DNA of 64,000 nucleotides from an uncultured bacterium (GCA_963710755.1 CAVQBK010000004.1:96001-160000); one strand, 5' to 3'. Positions 53,601-62,295 are shown, counted from the first letter of the stretch. Made by a program: numbers and translations. Notes: generated from the letters alone by a model not told the origin.

Positions 53601-54532
53601 ATAATCCTCGTAACGAAATCGAAAGCAACTTTTTCCTTTACAAAGCCATGAAAGAGGCCATGAAAAGGGATGATATAAGGCGCAAGGTCCAGTTGGGCGA
53701 CAACTTTAAAACCCGGGTAGTCCTGGCCAATGATGGCCAAACCGCACTGATGGGCGGCTATCCTGGTTTTCCGGTGGCTTTCGCCGGGGAAACCAGCCAC
53801 ACCATTCCCAACCGTCAAAATACCAACACCGATATCGAACTATTCAAGATGTATTGCCAGGATGCCGGCATTCCTGAGCCTATTGCCGCCCAGGCGATTT
53901 ACAATAACTACAGTACGGATTTTAGCGGTTTTGGCCTGTCTTCCACCATGCCCGATACGCCCAGTGGCGCTGAATATGTCAGCCAGAATCAGAATAACTT
54001 CCTGCAGCATGAACCGGCAAGGGGCTACATCCGTGATACGGAAAGTATTGTTACTTCCATTGGCAACGGCGATGATGTGGAGACCACCTTTGAACCCGTG
54101 CAAGAGGCTTATCGCACCTTGCAACAACTCAGAGACTGGATAAATGGCCACCTTCTTGACTCGGACAAGCCTGAAACCCTGCTTGAAAAATTGGAAAATA
54201 GAGGCAAAGTCCAAATGCGTTTTATCGAACACCAGGCTGTCAAGCAAATCGGCTTTGAATGGCAGCGCTGGATCAAGAACTTGCGTGACCTGCCTTCAGC
54301 GCAACGGTATAATGCGCTTGATAAGCTGGTACTTGGGTTCAAAGCAGGTCAACAACGGCTCACCATGAGTGAGGAATTTGATACGCTGCTGTCCATGGCC
54401 AATGGCAATGATGAGATCAAGGTATTGGCGCCACGCATTAAAACCCTGGCCGAAGAATTCTACTATAATCAAAGCATCGCTTTAAGGCTAACCTCTTCAA
54501 AATCGAAGTCAACAAGGTCAAAGGGGTTTTAA
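50642..54532 (+). CDS. N-terminal part of a giant secreted modular protein (signal peptide, IQDLHC-type N-terminal domain, GT-B-like segment)
   Basis: ATG after AGGAG; signal peptide ending YVTWA; motifs IQDLHC..EVQKNI, GEEG, GGFH; later TGGGLAHV, ANDGQTAL, GNGDD. Confidence 0.8.
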   Translation: MLKSGFFLPLRHQKFKHLLGTIALMMTLSFILPYVTWAFESPGTAGFLKAVTYEGKPITIPEKYGTIEASFQGSNQTILCIQDLHCQYEVQKNISHIISHLHQQHHLKLIGEEGGAGHLDMSVLKKFPLQDIKEGVADYFVKQGRLTGAEQFTSNTKDKIDLEGVENKALYDQSYADIQSFLNAETQGQCYDLRDALEELKPTLYNPALYEYDQKRTAYRNGEMDLLNYAVSLKKAARKYHVDTQAYATLAQFLRVHQNYFSGEMDSSRLMQDITQLDQDIRGQLYNNPNQQKLDQLMGQLDIMEKLLNISVTQEELNEFRTHRQNYTIKAFTDFIKAQDRSAVEYFDTDLYSLDDKLKKVESFYDLADRRSQAFVDNLLAKMKEKKESIALMVNGGFHIEKILQELKKRDVSYVSIKPKVTRQDIVNPYFDLLQGQKSPLERLLAQNQTIFAPPVLPAEQAPMNRMVESLTDPAGLAMLENLTNKDHQATTAYFDTYTDMVWKKVTRVTNKQTNANMAIPGGVTVVQETKSGMMALVVDREHALKATSISPASVDASLNNGMQVVVLANNRDLVQALNAVKPSVTVLAYVQDLLSRINLQTIARSLWQPVAQRASRVFQNLQTQFTGSWQDLAESISSWYHQPKPALQAMQASPWGKAALVILVAIVDAALGRSLGETIITAGMVGMVETMPTRRRADILPYSRLSRQEQDKFEAIIQANDWSIYQQELVERLQKIRTTKFQDEDVATDDLIQFMSDMGAAIRKVFPHDRIEPYNAFLHAVRRLRLIPETGPEMHKMLLKICQRQFDRFADKTLPLKTLLIHRIVPPQWYKSSKSLQGRPIDLPTAEGWPTGGGLAHVIKTIADGFENDMQTKVNFDAPIRDPHDPFNSPLTIWTVYYPNQVKTDGNLEANKMNKLGMQGIVQEEGHYKWVDEPQKIDEFFITMPNEQNPFKVEIFEGYIDEKGTRVRFIKQPKFLPVLYSYESKHNPRNEIESNFFLYKAMKEAMKRDDIRRKVQLGDNFKTRVVLANDGQTALMGGYPGFPVAFAGETSHTIPNRQNTNTDIELFKMYCQDAGIPEPIAAQAIYNNYSTDFSGFGLSSTMPDTPSGAEYVSQNQNNFLQHEPARGYIRDTESIVTSIGNGDDVETTFEPVQEAYRTLQQLRDWINGHLLDSDKPETLLEKLENRGKVQMRFIEHQAVKQIGFEWQRWIKNLRDLPSAQRYNALDKLVLGFKAGQQRLTMSEEFDTLLSMANGNDEIKVLAPRIKTLAEEFYYNQSIALRLTSSKSKSTRSKGF

Positions 54533-57500
54533 ACAACTATATTAAAAAAGATGAACTAAATCTTTTTGAACTGCAAACTGTGACCCGGCAGGAATCGTGC
54601 TGCTCAATGATTTTGGCCGCTTTAATTTTGAGAAGAATTGGACAACGAAGGGATTAAGCGCATTGGTTTCGCCCTGAAGCTCAATTAAAGTCGGCCGGCC
54701 AAGATGTTCCCAGGGAGGGATGGGCAACAGAAAACCCATCCGGCGCCATAAGAGGGCTGATTGAAGATAAAGATCTGCGTCATCAACTGGCCAGCGGATA
54801 AAGTTTATAGAAGAGCATGAGAGTAACAAGGCCAATTGATCCCCGCGATCCGGATAACTTGATCTGGTATGCCCACCAGGCTGCAGAGGCTTTTTGTAAC
54901 AGTTTGTCGCCGGAGCAGGGGAAAAAACTGTTAAAGCCATTGGGTTATTATATCGATCCTTTGAAGCCTTACGGTGTTTTTCCCGGCCGTTTGGTGGATG
55001 AGAAATTCGGCCCCGGCGTCATTGCGCGTTGCTCCGTTGGCCAAGGATGGTGATCAATTTGTTGCCCTCGCCCGGGTACAAACTTCCCATGCTCACTTGG
55101 GAGAAAAGATAAGGCGGTACTGAAGGCCAAAAATATGGCAGGTTCCGTAGCGTTTGTTTCAGCCGACACGCCAGCGATTTAAATAATAGGCCTTTTATGG
55201 TGTGTCCCATGGTGTTACACCTTCCTCTTGGGCCACAGGGACCAGTGAAATCATGGAAGCCAAAGGTTTTGGCCCTGAACGTAACGACGGAAAACAGGAA
55301 AAATGGGAAGATCAACATGGCCTATGGTTTCCTGGGCGACAATAAAGAACAGGTGCCGGTCTATCCGCTACCCGGCGAAGGCGCACTGGCCGAAGTTATG
55401 CAAAACCCGCCATGGTCAAAGACGGAAGGAAATTGAGGGGGCCAGCATGATTATGATGTCGTGCTCACGCCCGGAAATGCTGAAAATAATGCCGACCAAT
55501 TCATGGACGGCGTCATGACTGTGATGGAGGCATATAATCAAGATTTGAGCCGCGATTTTGATACGGCCACCATAGACGATCTTAATCTGGTCAGGCCGAT
55601 TATTAATCACATTGCCGGAGAACCTGTGAGTAGTGCCTGGGTACCGCGGCCGAAACCTTGATGTATACAATGAAAAAATCACTGCCTATGACAGGCAAAA
55701 CAAAAATTGCCGAAATGGTGGATGACTTTGCCGGAAAGTAAAGGAGAAATTTATAAACTGAACAAGACAAAATCGCGGGGTTTAAGCAGAATAAAAAACA
55801 ATGGAGCCCTGATTTGCAGTGGCATAGGGGACTATTATTTTAATACATAAAGTATCTGCTACTTATGACTGATCATAGTGGCCCCGACGCCATATTCCAA
55901 TGGCTTTGACGACTTTTTCGGATTGATCAAAGCTATTGCCTATGGCGGTGATTATAATGGTCTGCACTTACCGGGTCAGATCAACGCACTTTTTGAACAC
56001 ATAGAGCACGGTGGCGTGCGCCAGCGGCTGACTCAGATTATAGGCAAAGACTTATACGGTGAGATGGCCGAGTGGCTGAAACAATTGGAAGCAGACAATA
56101 AAATGTTCGGCCAGCGGGAAAAATTTGATCTCTTCATGAACCTGATGAAGCAAGTGGAAGCAAGGATGAATGGGATTTACCAACAAGCAGTACAAAAAGA
56201 ACATCCTTATCAGCCAAGTCCGGTAGTTGAAAACGTGCCTGCAACACGATGGGGAAAATCAAGAGCCAACCCCAATCACCGGACAGTAGCAGAACAAGTG
56301 CTTCATGGTACGCACTATACCCGACGCCTTATCGTCTGAATGGCTATCATTACTACTCAGCAACGGCATCATCGGCCTCAATGTGATGTTAAAAAAAGGT
56401 TTATTTTGATATCGTCACAGGCCAAAACAGCAAATATTGAAGGGGTAATTGCGGAACATATAGAGCGAAGGATATCTTACGGAACTGCTTGAAAGCTGAG
56501 TGTCAACCAGAGATTATCAGGCTCTTGATCCAGCAATTGGATCCAAGCTTTATACAAAACCTCGCTAAAGGCTCGACCATCGACCGCATGGGTGCCCTGA
56601 TCAGTACACTGGATCTGCTCATCCCACAGCGATGAATAATATCGAAGAAATCCCTTTTAAAGCCAGGTACAGGAAAGCACAGAACCCAATGATTTTGAAA
56701 AACAGGTGAACACAATTGGGGGCTGGGGCAAGGCTGGTGCAATTATTGCCGATCTTGGGGTCAGCCAAGCTTGGGTCAGCTGATGAAGTTTGCAGGATGG
56801 ATCAAACCTTTTTGCGTGGAAGGATTAGGGACGACCAGGTCTAGATCCTGTGGTGGCGTTGGACTAGAACCTTGTCCGGCCTGGTTCAAAGTCCTCTTGA
56901 CAGGGCCACTAAAACACCGCGGCGAGAGGCTTTGAATATGGGCACGCATGATCTTTAATGCCAAGGCCGAGGGGGAATGAAGGGTTTTCTTACGGATCAC
57001 AGGCCGACCCTTTCAGCGAGGTGGTTATTTACTCAGTTATGTCCTAGAGCCTAGTCCAAACGGCTAAATTAAGCGCAAACACCGGCAGCCAGCAGCAATT
57101 ATGATTCTTTGCTCAAACTACCTTTAACCGGGCTCAGTGATGACATGGTACATGCCCGTGAGGCGACTAATGAATCCGAGATGCTAAATATCAGCGGGCA
57201 GGCTTATGGGCTCTGTGAAAGGCTTTGGATAAAGCAATCAATGCAGCCTAAAAATAAGTCCGTCAAGGGACTATGTCAGGGTGCTTATTAAATTAAACTT
57301 CACGAAGCTGAGGCTCGCTATTTCTTCTTTCTAAGACTGCCCATTTTGGCCTATTACTAGGTGTTGCTTTTTGCGATAGCACTTACGGTATGCATGCCGC
57401 CTAAAGCTCAACCAATCCGACTTATGCAGCTAGAACCGATTAATAGTCCACTAGCAAGGTGGAACCCAGACTTTTAAAGGCCGTCAGGGGATGGGGAAAG

Positions 57501-57552
57501 GGTAGGTGATGGTCAAGAGGGGTTTGTTTACATTGTACCGTGGCTCAAGTGT
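54480..57552 (+). pseudogene. Frameshift-riddled central continuation of the giant gene
   Basis: Protein-like + strand fragments in alternating frames (e.g. FKANLFKIEVNKVKG..., GIVLLNDFGRFNFEK, ORFs at 54817, 55197, 55461 and 55878); no obvious RBS or intergenic structure seen. Confidence 0.6.
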
Positions 57553-59433
57553 TTGGCCTGGCGCCGGCCTGTTGAGTTGCTGGCGGTGTTGGCGATTTAT
57601 AAGATCGTAAGAACATTCAACCGGCAAAGAGGAGAAGTGAGGACCATTGATCTGGGCAACCTTCTAACCAATACTCCGGGCGAAGCGGCCTTTAAGGACA
57701 ATCCTATCGCGGAAGCACTCTATAAAAACCGGCAGGGCATTTTTGGTGAAACGGTTGAGGCCATCCTGAAAAACCAAGTCAAGATCCGGTTGGGGTCAGC
57801 TTTCCGGGTTTCAGGTCATGAATTAAACGGGGTGCAACCTTTAGGCAAAACGCTGGTGGAAGGGGACACGTCCTTTGTTCTTCAGATCCCCTATGGTTTC
57901 CGTCGGTTGCTGGAAAAGAAACCAACCAGCCTGACGGGGCGCCTGTTGTATACCTATCAGAGCTTTTTGGCTCAATTGGTCATTGCCCGCCAATTACGTG
58001 TTTATGCCAATGAAACCAAGCAAATGCTTAAAGACCGCGCTGCCGATGACCAGGAACTGTCGCAACGGTTTGGCAGCGACCGGCTAATGCGCTTGCCTTG
58101 GATCGTGCTGCGCAGCTTGGGTACCTTATTGGGCACCAGCTTCCTGGGGGCCAAGCAGGAGCAACCCATTGCGGTGACTGCCCCGGCCATGAGCAAACTC
58201 ATCGAGTATTACCGGCTGCAATTGGATGCCCAGGCTACCAGCGCCAGAAGCGTCGTGGAAGCCCAGTATCAGCAACTACTTAATCTGGGCCACACGCCGT
58301 CCTTGCAGACCCTGGTGGAAGCCGTGGAATCGATGAAGTTGGCCCAAGTGGTTGATGAAAGTGTCCGCGCTGAATTAGGAGCCATGCAGCAAGCCTTGGT
58401 CCAGGCCAAAGCCAGCAAGGACGAAACCCAGCTTAAAGTGATGATGAGTCAGGTGGCGGAAATGCTCCTGGCCAGCAAAGCCATGGCCGATGGTCAAATG
58501 ACAGGCGCTGCGGTCGAGGCCAATGCGGACAATCGCTTCTTGTTGTTGATGGATGAAAAAGGGCGCCAAGGGTTGGCCAGCGCTGTTCAAGGCCTGTTGA
58601 CTCAGGCCAGAGGTGCTGATCGCGAAGAGCTGACGTTGCTCCAGTCCATTTTAACTAATGGCAGTGTCAGTGAAGCGCAAGCCGCTGCTTTTGGGGCGCT
58701 GATGGCCAAGGTCACCTTGCCGGAAAATGCCATGGTGTCCGACAATTTGGGCGAAGCCTTAACCGGTGTGGCGGCAGCGGTCATGACCGCCAAAGGTGAA
58801 ACCCTGACCATGACCGTGGGCACCCAAAAGATAACCACCTTTATGCCTGCTCTGGCCAATGTGTTGGCTGATAGTGCTATGGCCTTGCAGTCCATGCAAA
58901 AAGGCCAGGATGAAAAGCAGCAGGTTATGGTCATGCCTTACACCGGCCAGGCGCGGGCTATCATTGCGGAAGAAGGCAATTTACGCGGTGACTTGTCAGT
59001 GCTTAGGCAATCGCCTTTCCTGGCGCAGGCTATGCAAGATACCAAAGGACCGCTGGCCCAGGCCTACTACGCCTGGCATCATCAGAAGAAGAACGAGCTG
59101 GGCCAGCGCCGGCTGGCGAGGGTGATCATGATGGTCTTAAAAGCCGAAGCCCGCGCCATGGGCGAGGATCAACAGAAAATTCAAGCCTTCCGGGCAAGCT
59201 ATGATATGGTGAATGAATTGTTCCAAAAAGGCAGGCTGTTCGGCCAACCTGCTGAATTGGGCAAAAGTGATGGAAAGGCCTTATCGGTGCCCAGGGTATT
59301 GAAACAAGGCGGGGTGCTGGCCATGATCCACCTGGCCACCCAATATGACCGTAACTTTGAGCTCAATCCGGATTTAGAGGCAGAACTGCAACGAATTCAA
59401 CTGCGCAACTTCCGCATGAGCAGCGCTGCTTAA
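57553..59433 (+). CDS. C-terminal Ala/Gln/Met-rich helical module, probably the end of the giant protein
   Basis: Clean 626-aa frame with a weak TTG start and no RBS; ends ...RMSSAA; followed by a terminator. Confidence 0.7.
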   Translation: MAWRRPVELLAVLAIYKIVRTFNRQRGEVRTIDLGNLLTNTPGEAAFKDNPIAEALYKNRQGIFGETVEAILKNQVKIRLGSAFRVSGHELNGVQPLGKTLVEGDTSFVLQIPYGFRRLLEKKPTSLTGRLLYTYQSFLAQLVIARQLRVYANETKQMLKDRAADDQELSQRFGSDRLMRLPWIVLRSLGTLLGTSFLGAKQEQPIAVTAPAMSKLIEYYRLQLDAQATSARSVVEAQYQQLLNLGHTPSLQTLVEAVESMKLAQVVDESVRAELGAMQQALVQAKASKDETQLKVMMSQVAEMLLASKAMADGQMTGAAVEANADNRFLLLMDEKGRQGLASAVQGLLTQARGADREELTLLQSILTNGSVSEAQAAAFGALMAKVTLPENAMVSDNLGEALTGVAAAVMTAKGETLTMTVGTQKITTFMPALANVLADSAMALQSMQKGQDEKQQVMVMPYTGQARAIIAEEGNLRGDLSVLRQSPFLAQAMQDTKGPLAQAYYAWHHQKKNELGQRRLARVIMMVLKAEARAMGEDQQKIQAFRASYDMVNELFQKGRLFGQPAELGKSDGKALSVPRVLKQGGVLAMIHLATQYDRNFELNPDLEAELQRIQLRNFRMSSAA

Positions 59434-59448
59434 GCCTGAGTATCAAGC

Positions 59449-59484
59449 AAAGGGCATGGCCAGTATTGGCCATGCCCTTTTTTT
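59449..59484 (+). terminator. Intrinsic terminator
   Basis: AAAGGGCATGGCCA-GTAT-TGGCCATGCCCTTTTTTT. Confidence 0.9.
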
Positions 59485-59712
59485 ATGGGCGTCGGGCAAG
59501 GCGCATCTGCTTGAAGATGATCGTGCAGGAAACAGGTATGCCTGTTCCCTGCAACCATCCACAGGGGGAACTGCCGGCCAAATGGTAAGGATTTATATCC
59601 TGATGCAAAGTAGTATTGATTTGGCTATTAATGTCTTGGGGTCCTGCCGATACTAAGACCATGCAATGAAGAGAAGTCCGGCCGTTCATCTTCATAACAG
59701 CGAGGTGGCCTC

Positions 59713-60123
59713 ATGGACAGCTTAATTCAAAGAGGAGAAGCCTTTGCCGAAAAGCGTTGGCAAAAAGGTCTATCCCTCAAATTGGATGTGCAGTACACGG
59801 CCAGGGAGCATCAAGGCGCTTGTTCCTTGTTCAATCACATGATTGCCCGCCATTTGGGTATCAGTGGCATGGTGGTGATGGTGCCTGAGAAAATGGCCAC
59901 CGGTCAAATTCTGGAGCTGCAGATGACGCTGCCCCAGGAGCCGGAAGGCGAGGCATGCTGCATCAACATGCTCTCCCGCGTTTTGTGGAGTCAGATTTAT
60001 GATGACCAGCGCTTTGTGGTGGGCTTGCAGTTTTTGGATTTAACCCATCAGGACAGTTCCAAATTTCAGGCCTTTTTGCATGAGTATAAATTGCAGGATG
60101 GCACGGTAGAAGCGGAGAACTGA
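59713..60123 (+). CDS. PilZ-domain protein with degenerate c-di-GMP motifs
   Basis: EKR...; HLGISGM in place of DxSxxG; RVLW...VGLQFLDL. Confidence 0.75.
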   Translation: MDSLIQRGEAFAEKRWQKGLSLKLDVQYTAREHQGACSLFNHMIARHLGISGMVVMVPEKMATGQILELQMTLPQEPEGEACCINMLSRVLWSQIYDDQRFVVGLQFLDLTHQDSSKFQAFLHEYKLQDGTVEAEN

Positions 60124-60128
60124 AAGAG

Positions 60129-60431
60129 CTACTCCTGGTCGAGGATATTCTTTTCCGGGGTAATGGGTCCTTGCTGTTTCACCTGATCCAGGGATTTTTC
60201 AAACAATTCATTCAAGTCTTTGGACTTGGTCTTTTCCGCTTCCATGGATTTCTTAAATAAATTCTCCGCTTCCTTGGTGCCTTGTTTGACTTTGGTAAGT
60301 GAATCCTGAAAACGGTCGCCGCTGCTGTTTTTAAGCAATGGTTTTCTGGTCTCCAAAACCTTGCCGGTTACACGGTCAATAATAAGAATGGTGTCACATT
60401 CAGGACATTTGACTTCCAAAAATGAGTTCAT
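60129..60431 (-). CDS. Small hypothetical protein with CxxC and helical tail
   Basis: EVKCPEC..ILIID..TGKVL; ATG after GGAG. Confidence 0.7.
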   Translation of the reverse strand: MNSFLEVKCPECDTILIIDRVTGKVLETRKPLLKNSSGDRFQDSLTKVKQGTKEAENLFKKSMEAEKTKSKDLNELFEKSLDQVKQQGPITPEKNILDQE

Positions 60432-60550
60432 CTCCACGATCCTCACGATTTCAAGAATGGCGTTATCATAACAAAAGCGATGAGGTGCGGTCAAGGTGGG
60501 AGTGGCAGGTCTGTTGCGATAAAAAAAATAGAAAAAAAATAAAAAGTCAC

Positions 60551-60655
60551 TTGACTTAAAAGCGAACAAATGGTAAATATTGAGATGTGGTTAGAACAAT
60601 TAGCGAAAAATAAGAAAAGAGATTTTTTTTAAAACAATAGTTCGGTATTTGTTCG
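60551..60655 (+). promoter_or_regulatory. Sigma70 promoter overlapped or followed by LexA-box-like GAAC/GTTC half sites
   Basis: TTGACT at 60551 with an AT-rich -10 at about 60574; CGAAC at 60563, GAAC at 60594, AAAC-N4-GTTCG at 60632, GTTC-N7-GTTC at 60640-60654. Confidence 0.55.
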
Positions 60656-60801
60656 CCACTAAATAGATGAAAGCCCAGTGCCCTAAGCCTTGAGTTGTCT
60701 TTTAAGACCAGGCGGGCTTAGGGAATGACCACCTCAATCCCCATGGGATGAGGGAGAATAAATGGCCTGAGGCTTGGAGGTAGCGGTGGGAAATAGTCGA
60801 A
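60641..60801 (+). ncRNA. Candidate structured leader RNA (multi-branch)
   Basis: Pairings found by eye: 60641-61/60781-801, 60671-78/60767-75, 60681-89/60715-23, and the 60732-53 hairpin. Confidence 0.4.
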
Positions 60802-60818
60802 AGGAGGAAAGAAAAAAA

Positions 60819-61307
60819 ATGTTTAATCATTCAGATCCAACCATGTGGGGCCTGTGTTTGCGGGCGGCCACAGGAAAGAAACAGAATCCCGCCAAGCTGA
60901 TCGCCTGCCTCTGGCAAGGTTTTCACAGGCATTGGATCAAAGGGCCGGCTGATTTTTTTCAAAAGGCTGTAGGCCATAAAAATGGGGCGGTTAAAAGCCA
61001 CAGTAGGATTAAAGCGCACCGCTGTGCAGCCTTAGACCGGGTGAATTTTGAGTTGTTGGGCGTCTATGCGGCGACTGACCAGGCGAATTCATCAAGCGCG
61101 AAGACCAAAGCGGCCTATCCGGGATGGCGCCGCCGGCGCTATCCCCTGGGGCTGGCCCATGAAGCTGTGGAGCAAATGATCCTGCCTTTGGCTGTAGTAC
61201 CGGGTAAAAAATCAGCAGCAGCTTTATTTGAAGCAGAGTTAAGATTACGGACCAGCATGCACACCCTGACCGCCGAGCCTGCAGGGTGGTCGCAGGTACG
61301 ACGGTAA
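60819..61307 (+). CDS. Orphan basic hypothetical protein upstream of lexA
   Basis: 162-aa ORF with AGGAGG upstream; no recognisable motif. Confidence 0.45.
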   Translation: MFNHSDPTMWGLCLRAATGKKQNPAKLIACLWQGFHRHWIKGPADFFQKAVGHKNGAVKSHSRIKAHRCAALDRVNFELLGVYAATDQANSSSAKTKAAYPGWRRRRYPLGLAHEAVEQMILPLAVVPGKKSAAALFEAELRLRTSMHTLTAEPAGWSQVRR

Positions 61308-61508
61308 ACCGAGGGTTGGTCCGGGCTTCCCCGGCCTTAAGCGCAGCCAGCAGAGTCAATGGTCCCCCCTTTGCATGATGGAGCGCTTAAGACGGGGAAC
61401 GCTTAATTCTAAACCGACCGAGTGGAAAATAAATGCCATTTTTCGTGCCAAGGCGCAAAGTTAAAGATAGGAATATGGTTTGTCTTTTTTTGCTATCTTT
61501 TTTAAATT

Positions 61509-61536
61509 GTAGGGGCACGGCACGCCGTGCCCCTAC
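61509..61536. repeat. GTAG-type REP palindrome
   Basis: GTAGGGGCACGGC-AC-GCCGTGCCCCTAC perfect hairpin, extendable to 61506-61539. Confidence 0.8.
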
Positions 61537-61557
61537 AATGGAAAATACAGCCCTGTA

Positions 61558-61571
61558 CGAACAACAGTTCG
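61558..61571. promoter_or_regulatory. LexA operator (Cheo box, CGAAC-N4-GTTCG)
   Basis: CGAAC AACA GTTCG about 115 bp upstream of the lexA start. Confidence 0.75.
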
Positions 61572-61686
61572 GCAAGCGGCTGTCTTGCTGAACCAGAATC
61601 CAAATAAAAGCTTGTCAGCAAGACTGCATCAGCTTAAATTAGACCTGCGGTCCGCCGCCGGCAATGACAAGCAAAGAGGTGACCTT

Positions 61687-62295
61687 GTGGCTCTGACTAA
61701 AAAACAAAAAGCCATACTTGATTATGTGGAAGCCACTATTAACCGTTTGGGGTATGCGCCCACCTTACGTGAGATCGGCGAACATTTCGGCCTGTCCTCG
61801 GTGGCCACGGTGCATAAACATTTAAAGACCCTGGAAGAAAAAGGCATGTTAAGACGGGCTGAAGGACGCGCCCGCTTCGTGGAACTCAGGGAACCGGACG
61901 ATCAGCCGCGGGCCCTGTCCGTACCCATGCTGGGCCTGGTAGCCGCCGGGTCGCCCATTGAAGCCTTGGAGCAACCGGAAAGCATGGCCTTGCCGGAGGA
62001 GTTGCTGGGCAAAGGTGAGACGTTTGTGCTTACGGTCAAAGGCGACTCCATGATTGAAGATCATATCCTTGATGGTGATCTCATTATCGTGGAAAAAAGA
62101 GATCATGCCCAAAACGGTGAGATTGTGGTGGCCCTGATCGGTAATGAAGCCACCGTCAAACGCCTGTACCGGGAAGCTGGACGGGTGCGTCTGCAGCCGG
62201 CTAATGCCAGCATGCAGCCTATCTATGTGGAAGAAGGCGATTTGCGTATACAGGGAATTGTTATCGGCGTGCTGCGCAAAATGCACCGGCGCTGA
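61687..62295 (+). CDS. lexA: SOS repressor LexA
   Basis: Winged HTH (PTLREIG...LSSVATV), VAAG cleavage site, catalytic Ser (GDSM) and Lys (ATVK); GTG start after GAGGT. Confidence 0.95.
   Translation: MALTKKQKAILDYVEATINRLGYAPTLREIGEHFGLSSVATVHKHLKTLEEKGMLRRAEGRARFVELREPDDQPRALSVPMLGLVAAGSPIEALEQPESMALPEELLGKGETFVLTVKGDSMIEDHILDGDLIIVEKRDHAQNGEIVVALIGNEATVKRLYREAGRVRLQPANASMQPIYVEEGDLRIQGIVIGVLRKMHRR

Noticed and set aside
54480-57552. Programmed frameshifting, alternative genetic code or DGR target
   Set aside because: The breaks are indels and involve all three stop codons, flanking genes use the standard code, and no reverse transcriptase or TR/VR repeat pair is visible.
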